A program made the position numbers and the translations under genes. This document shows, one piece after another, positions 10,287 through 19,303 of a stretch of 64,000 nucleotides of DNA; the first letter of the stretch is position 1, and every line of letters starts with the position of its first letter. This stretch comes from a virus (Duplodnaviria; Caudoviricetes), in the IMG/VR virus record IMGVR_UViG_3300022848_000005. One strand, written 5' to 3'. The notes below the pieces were generated by a model. That model was not told the DNA's origin, ran no database searches, and saw only the letters and a program-made list of their open reading frames with translations.

Positions 10287-11287
10287 AGACAGCATTGATA
10301 ACAGGTATAACAGGTCAAGACGGAAGTTATCTAGCAAAATCTTTATTGAATAAAGGTTATAAAGTATATGGTGGGCAGAGAAGAAGTACCACAAACAAAT
10401 ACTGGCGCTTAGATGAAATGGGTATTACAGATAATATTGAATTTGTAGAATTAGATTTAATAGATCAAGCAAACATTAGAAGAGCAATAGATGATACGAA
10501 ACCAGATGTAATTTACAATTTGGCGGCTCAATCATTTGTTGGATTATCTTTTGAACAACCTGAACTAGCTACCTTAGTTGATGGAGTGGGTGTACTGAGA
10601 ATGATAGAAAGTGTAAGACAAGTTAATCCTGATATTAAATTTTATCAAGCTTCTACTAGTGAGTTATATGGTAAAGTATTTGAAACGCCTCAAAAAGAAA
10701 CAACAAAGTTTTGGCCTAGATCACCTTATGGTGTAGCAAAGTTATTTGGTCACCACATAACAATTAACTATAGAGAAGCATATAACATATTTGCGTCAAC
10801 AGGTATTTTGTTTAACCACGAAAGTCCCATGAGGGGTGAAGATTTTGTTACAAGAAAAATATCTAAAGGTATTGCTCTATGGAAGAAAGAACAACGACCA
10901 ATTGTTTTAGGGAACATTTATGCTAAAAGAGATTGGGGCCACGCTGAAGATTTTGTTGAAGGTATGCAACTTATTATGAATCACACTAAAGCAGATGACT
11001 TTATTTTAGCAACAGGTGTGGTTAATACTGTAAAAGACTTTTTAGAAATGACACTAACGTATTTAAATATACAATATTACTGGAAAAATGATGAATGTTA
11101 TGAGAAAGATACAAATATACAAATATCTAAAACTGATAAAAAATATTTCAGACCTGCCGAAGTAGATATATTACAAGGTGATGCAACTAAAGCAAGAACT
11201 GAATTGGGTTGGACACATAAACACACAGCTCATAGTTTAATGATAGATATGGTTGATGCCGATATGAGAAGATATTGTGGAAAATAA
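10283..11287 (+). CDS. gmd: GDP-mannose 4,6-dehydratase
   Basis: ALITGITGQDGSYLA, YNLAAQSFV, YQASTSELYG, PRSPYGVAK, FNHESP, RDWGHAEDFV. Confidence 0.97.
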   Translation: MKTALITGITGQDGSYLAKSLLNKGYKVYGGQRRSTTNKYWRLDEMGITDNIEFVELDLIDQANIRRAIDDTKPDVIYNLAAQSFVGLSFEQPELATLVDGVGVLRMIESVRQVNPDIKFYQASTSELYGKVFETPQKETTKFWPRSPYGVAKLFGHHITINYREAYNIFASTGILFNHESPMRGEDFVTRKISKGIALWKKEQRPIVLGNIYAKRDWGHAEDFVEGMQLIMNHTKADDFILATGVVNTVKDFLEMTLTYLNIQYYWKNDECYEKDTNIQISKTDKKYFRPAEVDILQGDATKARTELGWTHKHTAHSLMIDMVDADMRRYCGK

Positions 11288-12002
11288 AATATTTGTAACA
11301 ACTTTTAATAGAAGACTTTTTGATCAATATGCTCATCAACTGATTAGTAGCTATGTAGCAACTGAACAAAAGATACCTCTTTATGTTTTTGTTGAAGATG
11401 ATATTACCTATTATACTAATTTAGACAATGTACGTTATATTAAATTATTGGAAGAAGAACCTGATTTAAAAGATTTTACAGAAAGAAATAAAAGTAAAGA
11501 AGCTAATTCATTTACTTTTGATGCAGTAAGATTTTCATACAAAGTATATGCTCAAAACGCAGGAAGAAAATATGGAAATAAGATTTATTATGTGGATAGT
11601 GATTGTGTGTTCACAAAACAAATACCAGATGAATGGTTTGATGAGTGTTTGCCAGATGATAAATTTATTTCTTTTTACGATAGACCACATCAATATACTG
11701 AAACAGGATTTGTGGCATTCAATGAACGTAAAAAAGAAATCTCTAACGACTTCTTCAATCAATATACTAACTATTACAAAACAGATGAAGTGTATAAGTT
11801 AACAGCTTATACAGATTGTCATACACTAGACGCAACAAGAAATCATTTTAAAGATAATTTAAACTACTCAGAAAATATATTAGGCGATGGTAAAAACGGA
11901 CATATTATGGCTAGAGATAAGTTTCTTAATCCTTACATAGATCATAGAAAAGGTCCTAGAAAACAACAAGAGCATAGTCTAGAATGGATTCAGAATCAAT
12001 GA
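11277..12002 (+). CDS. Putative GT-A glycosyltransferase
   Basis: YYVDSDCVF DxD motif, ETGF, C-terminal DHRKG. Confidence 0.6.
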   Translation: MENKIFVTTFNRRLFDQYAHQLISSYVATEQKIPLYVFVEDDITYYTNLDNVRYIKLLEEEPDLKDFTERNKSKEANSFTFDAVRFSYKVYAQNAGRKYGNKIYYVDSDCVFTKQIPDEWFDECLPDDKFISFYDRPHQYTETGFVAFNERKKEISNDFFNQYTNYYKTDEVYKLTAYTDCHTLDATRNHFKDNLNYSENILGDGKNGHIMARDKFLNPYIDHRKGPRKQQEHSLEWIQNQ

Positions 12003-12025
12003 AAGCAGGAAAAAGGTAAAAAAGT

Positions 12026-12688
12026 ATGATTAATGTTTTTATAGGATACGACTCAAAGGAAAAGGCAGCGTTCAATGTCCTCAACTACAGTATACTTAAG
12101 AACAGTACCAAGCCTGTAAGTCTTACCCCGGTGTATCTGGAAAACATTAAAGATGACTTTGTAAGAGAACGCAATAACTTAAGCTCAACAGAATTCAGCG
12201 TAAGTAGATTTATTGTGCCACACTTAATGAACTACCAGGGCTGGGCACTGTTTATGGATTGCGACATGCTGATGACAGCAGACATTAATGAACTGTGGCG
12301 TCTGCGTGATGACCGTTATGCTGTACAAGTATGCAAACACGATTACGAGCCTAAACATAATAAAAAGTTTCTAGGACAAGTACAGACAACGTATGCAAAG
12401 AAAAACTGGTCAAGTTTTATGCTGTTAAACTGTAAGAAATGTCAAACTCTCACACCTGATTATGTTAATAAAGCAAGCGGGCTGGAACTTCACCAGTTTA
12501 AGTGGCTAGAGTCAGACGACTTAATAGGTGAGTTGCCTTTAGAATGGAACTGGTTATCGGACGAGTACGAACATAAAGATGCTGTTAAGTGTGTACACTA
12601 CACAGACGGCGGTCCCTGGTTTGAAGAATACAGACATTGTGATTATGGCGATGTTTGGTTTGACTACTACAGGGAAATTAGTCTATGA
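12026..12688 (+). CDS. GT8-like glycosyltransferase
   Basis: VFIGYD, STEFSVSRF, FMDCDML, KNWSSFML, EWNWL, VHYTDGGPW. Confidence 0.8.
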   Translation: MINVFIGYDSKEKAAFNVLNYSILKNSTKPVSLTPVYLENIKDDFVRERNNLSSTEFSVSRFIVPHLMNYQGWALFMDCDMLMTADINELWRLRDDRYAVQVCKHDYEPKHNKKFLGQVQTTYAKKNWSSFMLLNCKKCQTLTPDYVNKASGLELHQFKWLESDDLIGELPLEWNWLSDEYEHKDAVKCVHYTDGGPWFEEYRHCDYGDVWFDYYREISL

Positions 12689-13530
12689 TTAGCACAGTTA
12701 CAGTAGTCTACGAACCTGAACTAGAATTACTGAAAACACAAGCACGGAGTTTTGACAACTATCTAGAAGACGTAGAAGATATTTTAGTAATAGAAAATGA
12801 CGATTGTCATTTAGGCATAGATCCGCAGTGGTGGGGTAGACACAGCGACCGAGTTAGAATTTTACGTAGAGAAGACATAGGCTACAAAGCACATGTTTCT
12901 ATTAACGGCAGAGAATCACAGCAGTTGTGTAAACTATTAGCACCAATGCAATCAACAGCAGAATGGTCAATATGGTTTGATGCTAAAACATTTTTAGTAA
13001 AACCCCTCAAGCCTAGCAGTTTATTCCGGGACAACAAATTTAGATCAAATCAAATGCCAGTGTTCGAACAGTTTAGTGAAGGTTTCGAAGTGTGTCAAAA
13101 ATTGTTAGGCTTTGCTCAAAAAGATCTGATATGGGTAGCACCAGGCGGCATGCCTTACCCAGTGAATAAAAAAGTTTTGCAAACACTAATAAGGTATGTT
13201 AAAATAACATCTAAAATGTCGTTTGTTGATTGGTTCGAAAAGTACAGTCAGTATCCGCACTTTGTGACAGAGATGATACTTTATAGTCAGTTTGTTAGAC
13301 CCGTGTTTACCTTGTATTACACTGACACTGAACCTACTTACAGGTGTGCAAATTTATCAGACTGGCAAATACCAGACATAGAGGACTTTTGGCAGAAACT
13401 TAACGATCCAAAAGTACTAACAGCAAGTATTAAAGCAGATGCTTATGATATTTTAGATATCGATCAACGTAAACAATGGCATACATATTTAGACTCAAAA
13501 GGATTACACTATGACCACAAAAGCTGGTAA
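12685..13530 (+). CDS. DUF6492-like hypothetical protein (possible GT)
   Basis: QQLCKL and WFDAKT resemble QQALKL/IQDPDT in the paralog at 56900. Confidence 0.5.
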   Translation: MISTVTVVYEPELELLKTQARSFDNYLEDVEDILVIENDDCHLGIDPQWWGRHSDRVRILRREDIGYKAHVSINGRESQQLCKLLAPMQSTAEWSIWFDAKTFLVKPLKPSSLFRDNKFRSNQMPVFEQFSEGFEVCQKLLGFAQKDLIWVAPGGMPYPVNKKVLQTLIRYVKITSKMSFVDWFEKYSQYPHFVTEMILYSQFVRPVFTLYYTDTEPTYRCANLSDWQIPDIEDFWQKLNDPKVLTASIKADAYDILDIDQRKQWHTYLDSKGLHYDHKSW

Positions 13531-13864
13531 GGTTTGGGGAGTGTCAGAACTTATCCATGCAAATGGAGTTTTAGAATTCCATAGAATAGAAGCAAATGCA
13601 GGCAAGTTCTGTAGCAAACATCTACATAAAACAAAATGGAACGGCTTCTTTGTGGAAAGTGGCCGGTTATTAATTAGAGTATGGAAAAATAACTACGATT
13701 TAATAGACGAAACTGTGTTAGAAGTAGGAGACTTTACAGCAGTTAGTCCTGGAGAGTACCATCAATTTGAGGCATTAGAGGATACAGTAGCGTTTGAGTT
13801 ATATTGGGCTGAGTTCTCACATGGCGATATCGAAAGGGAAACTGTTGGCGGCTCAAAAGTTTAA
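13511..13864 (+). CDS. Cupin-domain protein
   Basis: CSKHLHKTKWNGF and PGEYHQF cupin motifs. Confidence 0.8.
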   Translation: MTTKAGKVWGVSELIHANGVLEFHRIEANAGKFCSKHLHKTKWNGFFVESGRLLIRVWKNNYDLIDETVLEVGDFTAVSPGEYHQFEALEDTVAFELYWAEFSHGDIERETVGGSKV

Positions 13865-14501
13865 CATAGTATGTGTTAGAGTAGGCGAAGCATATTCCTC
13901 AGAGTATGTGGATAGACTCTACGACATGATTAAGGCAAACTGCACCAAAGACTTTGACTTTTGGTGTATTACTGATTCGCCACACGATAACCCTAATATC
14001 AAGTTTTCAAAAATACAACCGTTAACCCCAAAGCCACGTTATATGTGGTGGTATAAGATGTATATGTTTAAATCGGATATCGGTTACACAGGTCCCACTT
14101 TTTACATAGACTTGGATGTTGTTATTGACAACTCTATAGACAAATTTTTAGAATCCTGGGACGACAGTTTTTGGATCTGTCAAGACTACAACAGGAGAGT
14201 AAAACCAGATTACCATGTTAGCAACAGTTCTGTAATGATGTTCGATCATGCCAAGTATACAAAGTACTGGGCTGAGTTTTATCAGAATCAAAAAGAAATA
14301 ATGCAGAAGTTTAGGGGAGATCAAGACTATCTCTCAGTTAAACTGAGAGAAGAAAATAAAAAGTGGTGGCCCTGGCACTGGACAATAAGCTATCGTTGGG
14401 AATACCTAGAAGGCAAAGCGCATCCTGACAATGCTATTGTGGTATTCCATGGCAATCCTAAGCCACACGAAGTTAACTGGGAGTTGGCAGATGTTAGCTA
14501 A
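13794..14501 (+). CDS. GT-A glycosyltransferase (start probably TTG at 13845)
   Basis: WWYKMYMF, YIDLDVVI, NSSVMMF, GDQDYL, VFHGNPKP. Confidence 0.75.
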   Translation: MSYIGLSSHMAISKGKLLAAQKFNIVCVRVGEAYSSEYVDRLYDMIKANCTKDFDFWCITDSPHDNPNIKFSKIQPLTPKPRYMWWYKMYMFKSDIGYTGPTFYIDLDVVIDNSIDKFLESWDDSFWICQDYNRRVKPDYHVSNSSVMMFDHAKYTKYWAEFYQNQKEIMQKFRGDQDYLSVKLREENKKWWPWHWTISYRWEYLEGKAHPDNAIVVFHGNPKPHEVNWELADVS

Positions 14502-15339
14502 AGCAGACACCAAGTATGGTGAAATGCACTATTATAAAAATGATAAATTTATTGGTGCTAGTTTAGAGTTGTATGGTGAATACACAGGTTTAGAAATAGA
14601 TTACATTAAGCCTTACATACATGAAGACGATATTATCTTAGACGTCGGTGCAAACATAGGCACACATACAGTTGCGTATAGTAGTCTAGTGCCTGATGGT
14701 CAGGTAATAGCATTTGAACCTAATCAGAAAAATTACAACCTTTTAGTGCGCAACATTACGCACAACAACCTCACAAATGTACATGCTTTTCTAGGAGGTC
14801 TTTCTAATAGAGTAGGTCTAAGCACAGTTACCGACTTTGATCCCAACGAACCTGGAAATTACGGAACAATGACTGTGGGAAGTGGCACACAAGTTTGTTT
14901 TCTTAATAAATTAGATAATGTGTGCAACTTTAACAGACCCGTAAGGTTTATAAAAATAGATGTTGAAGGGGTAGAACCTAAGATTCTATTAGGAGGCAGG
15001 GATTTTATTGCACAGCACAAACCGGTAATACAATACGAGTGCATGACTAAAGAGGTTGCCCAGCCAATCGAACGTATATTTAAGAACTATTACCCTGGTT
15101 ACAACCTATACTGGATGCCAATCTTTAATTACAATGACACCAACCACAACAAAAATTCCAAGAACATATTTCTTAATAGTGGAGTTATGAATGTGTTAGC
15201 GGTACACACCCGTGACAAACAGCCTGACAACCTACAGCGTTACGACAGCTGGGAGGATAACATAGAAGTACGTAGTGAAGGCCTGCGCTTAAGTCAAAAC
15301 AAACTTATAATGAAAAAAACATATAACAAGTTTAAGTAG
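14491..15339 (+). CDS. FkbM-family methyltransferase
   Basis: LDVGANIGTHT, IAFEP, IKIDVEGVE; start reassigned to ATG 14491. Confidence 0.9.
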   Translation: MLAKADTKYGEMHYYKNDKFIGASLELYGEYTGLEIDYIKPYIHEDDIILDVGANIGTHTVAYSSLVPDGQVIAFEPNQKNYNLLVRNITHNNLTNVHAFLGGLSNRVGLSTVTDFDPNEPGNYGTMTVGSGTQVCFLNKLDNVCNFNRPVRFIKIDVEGVEPKILLGGRDFIAQHKPVIQYECMTKEVAQPIERIFKNYYPGYNLYWMPIFNYNDTNHNKNSKNIFLNSGVMNVLAVHTRDKQPDNLQRYDSWEDNIEVRSEGLRLSQNKLIMKKTYNKFK

Positions 15340-15342
15340 TAA

Positions 15343-16320
15343 CTAGCGTAAGTTACTGAGTTGTTGTTTAAACATTGTAATCAAGTAGTCTGAATACCCA
15401 TGTAAGAACCAATGGTAATTCCAAACACAAACCTCATGAGAGGTATAATACAATCCTTCAGCCTGACGTAAAGTCACAGGCAGATATGTCATAGCGGCTT
15501 GTCGCCGTCGAGAGTCAGGTAGCTCATCAAATAATAGTCCACCAAAACTGGTATAGGTTTTAAACCCTTGCGCTTCTAGATAACTCAATAGTTTCTGACT
15601 GCCTATCATAATAAAAGGTGTCATTGTAACAATAGCGTTATACGTTTTTTCAGTAATTATTCCTCGGTGTTCGTAATACTGGCTCTCACAGACAACGGCT
15701 ATCCAGGCATCCTGGTAGTTCTTGGCAATGCTTAACAAGTTTTCTGCATTATTGTAGTCGTAGTCTTGAAATGTTTTTCCAGGATACTTTAGTTCGATAC
15801 CACGTTGTTGTAGGCTAACATTCATCAGAGGGTTATTTTTAAGTTCATTAAATGTGTCTACCCTATGACGTTTAGCGATACGATTAGGAACCACAGCAAC
15901 AAAGTTGGGATTGTCTTTGGTAGCAACTTTTTGCATACGAGCCCAACAGTTTTTATAGTCCATAACAGTGTTATACTGCCAAGGACTAAACTCCACAACC
16001 TGTATACTGTCAGGGTGTGTGTCGTGCCATATACCAGCAACACCGTGATTCCACACCATAGCAACTACCTGTTTCATGTCGATTCCACGACCCTTGTAGT
16101 AATTGTGTATGGTGATTAATTCGTTAGGTATTACTGATCTGGACTTGAATGTTAGCATGTCCTGTAGTACAATAAACAGTCTAAAGTCAGGGTCAGCGAA
16201 GTCTATCTCTGGACGCTCTGGGAAGTCAACTGCCCAGCCGTCATCAGTAATGGGACCATATAGGGCACCACCGTGTACCCAGGTATGATCGACATAGGGT
16301 TTTATAATTTGATGTAACAC
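15343..16320 (-). CDS. GT10 (alpha-1,3-fucosyltransferase)-like protein
   Basis: VVCESQYYEHRGIITEKTYNAIVTMTPFIMIG resembles the GT10 motif FEN...YITEK..NAL....VP...G. Confidence 0.5.
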   Translation of the reverse strand: MLHQIIKPYVDHTWVHGGALYGPITDDGWAVDFPERPEIDFADPDFRLFIVLQDMLTFKSRSVIPNELITIHNYYKGRGIDMKQVVAMVWNHGVAGIWHDTHPDSIQVVEFSPWQYNTVMDYKNCWARMQKVATKDNPNFVAVVPNRIAKRHRVDTFNELKNNPLMNVSLQQRGIELKYPGKTFQDYDYNNAENLLSIAKNYQDAWIAVVCESQYYEHRGIITEKTYNAIVTMTPFIMIGSQKLLSYLEAQGFKTYTSFGGLLFDELPDSRRRQAAMTYLPVTLRQAEGLYYTSHEVCVWNYHWFLHGYSDYLITMFKQQLSNLR

Positions 16321-16326
16321 AACTAT

Positions 16327-16341
16327 TATTTAATATAAATA
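16327..16341. promoter_or_regulatory. Back-to-back late promoter cores
   Basis: TATTTA 16327-16332 (minus, 6 nt before GTG 16320) and TATAAATA 16334-16341 (plus, 5 nt before ATG 16347). Confidence 0.6.
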
Positions 16342-16346
16342 CTATA

Positions 16347-17093
16347 ATGAGAGCATATCAATTTTTAACAGAAGGTCAAGGTGGATTAGCATACGAGGCG
16401 ACCGTATATGCCGCAATGCGAGCCGCTAAGATTAACGGTTTAGATTTAGGTGACAAGCCCACAGCAGGCTTTAGTAATCAAGGTTATGGTGATATCGAAG
16501 CAACATATAACGGTAAGCCTTTTAACATTGAAATCAAAGCCAGTGCATTCGATCAGATGGGAGGAACAAGTTTCCATTACAACATGGCTGGACAACAGTT
16601 AATTCCTGTAGGTCAGATAGAGCCTGATGAATTAGATATGTTGTTACAAGCCGCACAGACAAAAGCAGGCGATATAGATAACTTTCTTAAAGCCGCACAA
16701 GAATATGAAAATAATCCTAATATAACGGGGTTTCCTATTAGGGTCACTAAAGATACTAGAGAGAAACTAATAGCAGATGGCTTGCAAAAAGCAATAGCCA
16801 GTAATATTAGTGCTAAGTCTAGTTTTATTATAAAGCACTACAATAAAAAACAAGTGTATTATATACAAGTTGGTGGTTCTGGGCTATTTTACATGGGCAA
16901 GAATCCCCTTAAGTTGCCAGTACCAGAGCTACAAGGCGACATTAATATCGAATTAAGAGTAGGCTACGGTGGGTCAGGTGGTAAGCCCACAGTAACTGCT
17001 GGTATTAGACTGCAGGGTAGACTAAGAACTGAAAACGTTTCTAGTTTTACATTAGACGATCCAGGCAGTATCCAAGCATTATTCATGCAATAA
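16347..17093 (+). CDS. PD-(D/E)XK restriction-endonuclease-like protein with capsid-targeting-like N-terminus
   Basis: GLAYEATV, GYGDIEA, NIEIKAS; N-terminus MRAYQFLTE. Confidence 0.55.
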   Translation: MRAYQFLTEGQGGLAYEATVYAAMRAAKINGLDLGDKPTAGFSNQGYGDIEATYNGKPFNIEIKASAFDQMGGTSFHYNMAGQQLIPVGQIEPDELDMLLQAAQTKAGDIDNFLKAAQEYENNPNITGFPIRVTKDTREKLIADGLQKAIASNISAKSSFIIKHYNKKQVYYIQVGGSGLFYMGKNPLKLPVPELQGDINIELRVGYGGSGGKPTVTAGIRLQGRLRTENVSSFTLDDPGSIQALFMQ

Positions 17094-17115
17094 AATCAAC
17101 AACTTACAAACTGTG

Positions 17116-17144
17116 TTGACAACTTAACCGAGTGGCCTTATACT
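17116..17144 (+). promoter_or_regulatory. Sigma70-type early promoter with CCGAGTG spacer element
   Basis: TTGACA-17 nt-TATACT. Confidence 0.85.
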
Positions 17145-17174
17145 TATAACTGTGTCCAATAACAGGAGCAAGTT

Positions 17175-17558
17175 ATGAAAATTAGATTTATAGTAGGATT
17201 AACTCTGTTAACATTGCTGTTAACAGCAATGTATGCACATATGGCTCAAAGTGAAGAACCTTGGTGGATGTCATTTAGTCAGGAGTATAAACCTAACATT
17301 TTGTATCCGAAAATAGACCTAGAGGTTAAGGTTGTTGAAAATGCTGATGCAGAATGTAGTAAGTATGCTAAGGACATTAATTACGAGATAGAACATTGTG
17401 CCCTACAGTGGGAACCTCAAAACGGTGTACGTAAATGTACGTTAATAATGCAACGAGACAAAATTACTATGGGTGACTTCGGTCACGAATTAAGGCATTG
17501 TTTAGAAGGTGATTGGCACGATGCTAGACCCACAGAACGAATAAAACTAAAACGGTAA
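17175..17558 (+). CDS. Exported/membrane-anchored protein with HExxH zinc-peptidase motif
   Basis: Hydrophobic N-terminus; GHELRHCLEG; AGGAG RBS. Confidence 0.55.
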   Translation: MKIRFIVGLTLLTLLLTAMYAHMAQSEEPWWMSFSQEYKPNILYPKIDLEVKVVENADAECSKYAKDINYEIEHCALQWEPQNGVRKCTLIMQRDKITMGDFGHELRHCLEGDWHDARPTERIKLKR

Positions 17559-17567
17559 AATAAAATT

Positions 17568-17596
17568 TTGACATTACTAGCAAGTGATGTTAATGT
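17568..17596 (+). promoter_or_regulatory. Sigma70-type promoter
   Basis: TTGACA-17 nt-TAATGT; spacer CAAGTG at the motif position. Confidence 0.5.
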
Positions 17597-17621
17597 AGCA
17601 GTGTAGTACACACTTTTAATT

Positions 17622-17831
17622 ATGGCACCTTTATTATGGTATGGCAAATTTATTATGGAAAACTTAAATTTTAATTTTGAAAGCATTGAAATAAGGCGAG
17701 TAGCTAATGGCTACGTTATTCAGGTGAACGGAGAAGACAATGCACAGGAGTTTGTTTACGACACAAGTCGTAAAACTCTAAAGTTTGTTCGAACTTTCTT
17801 AGAACATTCCAAGGCACAGGTGGCTGAGTAA
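17622..17831 (+). CDS. Hypothetical protein
   Basis: ORF track; true start may be the downstream ATG (MENLNF). Confidence 0.55.
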   Translation: MAPLLWYGKFIMENLNFNFESIEIRRVANGYVIQVNGEDNAQEFVYDTSRKTLKFVRTFLEHSKAQVAE

Positions 17832-19190
17832 TTGCCAGCGAAACCCGCTGAACTATTAACTCCCAGCCCTGTCCCTACACAGAATGTAAGTAATGGAGAA
17901 TATCCTCCATTAGCTCAGACGCCACAACAGCGCCTAGTACAGAGTAAGATAAACGCAGACAGTACGTTTGACGAATCTTTTAACGCTATGAACACAGTTT
18001 ATGGCCCGGGCTTCGTATACTCTAATTATGGTGACTTAAGTAAACAGTTTGTCTTTGATGTGCAGACACACTTACTTAAGGATGGGTATAAAAACCCACA
18101 GCAACTTGCACACAGGCAGTATGCACACAACTATCTAAATTCAGACGTGGAGCGTTACCCCACGTTTGATGCACAGAAGTTTGATAATTACATTAAAGAA
18201 ATATACCTAGACAGTGATACCAAACTGGCACTAATAAGTGGAACACCTGGCGATTCTGCTGATGAGGACCTGATAGATAATGATAGTATTAAGTGGGCAA
18301 GTACAGTTATTAACAATGTCTGTGGTAGTAAGCGAAGTTTTAGTCACAGCATAATACAACCTAAAGTACCTGGTTACCTAGATGAAGTGGACTACGCTAT
18401 AGAAGTCCTACAGCCAGATAGCTGGAAGTGTTATACAATAGGAACCTTTGCATACCCGACTCGACGGAATAAACAGTTTAGATTAGATGATGAAAAACTG
18501 GTCTATCCCTGGTTCGAACGAGCAGAGCGAGCAGGTATTAAAAACATCTGTGTACACAAAGGACTATTACCACCAGATTATCGAGAGTCCTGGCGAGACT
18601 TGTGGGAATACAGTACTGTTCAAGACCTCGCAAAAGCCGCTCGAGACTGGCCGAACTTAAACTTTATAATCTATCACAGTGCATTGCGTATAAGTCACGA
18701 AAACCCAGAGGATATCCTCAAGAACTTCGTTAAAACTGGTCGGATTGAATGGACAACCGACTTGTGTGATATAGTACACAAGTATGGACTTAAAAATGTT
18801 TATGCAGAACTAGGTACAAGTTTTGGTAGCATGGTTGTGCTTAATCCCCTGGTAGCAAGTGCATGGTTAGGGCAGATGCTAAACATGATGGGTGAGGATA
18901 GAATATTATGGGGTACTGACTCTGTGTGGTATGGATCACCACAGTGGCAGATAGAAGCACTACGTAGACTGGAAGTACCTGATCACATTATGCATCGTAT
19001 GGGCTGGGACAAAAACTTAGGAGAACCCGACGGCACTGTAAAGCAAAAAATATTTGGACTTAACGCCGCTAGACTGTATAATGTAGATGTTGCAAGTGCA
19101 ATAAATGATATAGATTCTAGTAAAATAGAAAAAATGCGTTTGGGGCATAGCGAACCTAGAAATAATAGATACTATGGTTATATAGCATAA
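17832..19190 (+). CDS. Amidohydrolase (TIM-barrel metal-dependent hydrolase, amidohydro_2-like)
   Basis: DVQTH, CVHKG, IIYHSA, WGTDSVWYGSPQWQIEA. Confidence 0.85.
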   Translation: MPAKPAELLTPSPVPTQNVSNGEYPPLAQTPQQRLVQSKINADSTFDESFNAMNTVYGPGFVYSNYGDLSKQFVFDVQTHLLKDGYKNPQQLAHRQYAHNYLNSDVERYPTFDAQKFDNYIKEIYLDSDTKLALISGTPGDSADEDLIDNDSIKWASTVINNVCGSKRSFSHSIIQPKVPGYLDEVDYAIEVLQPDSWKCYTIGTFAYPTRRNKQFRLDDEKLVYPWFERAERAGIKNICVHKGLLPPDYRESWRDLWEYSTVQDLAKAARDWPNLNFIIYHSALRISHENPEDILKNFVKTGRIEWTTDLCDIVHKYGLKNVYAELGTSFGSMVVLNPLVASAWLGQMLNMMGEDRILWGTDSVWYGSPQWQIEALRRLEVPDHIMHRMGWDKNLGEPDGTVKQKIFGLNAARLYNVDVASAINDIDSSKIEKMRLGHSEPRNNRYYGYIA

Positions 19191-19303
19191 GTGATATGCT
19201 CTAAGAGCATAGAAAATGTTGTATCGCAAAACTAAATACAGGTGCACAGCAATCCTGTGCATTTATAACATTTTCAAACACACTTATAAGGAAAGACACA
19301 CAA

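Noticed and set aside
4378-16320. Interpretation as a bacterial O-antigen/capsule locus or eukaryotic giant-virus DNA
   Set aside because: No wzx/wzy/ABC transporter genes, and the cluster is contiguous with uvsX/uvsY, T4-type late promoters, SD sites, PAAR and tail fibre genes.
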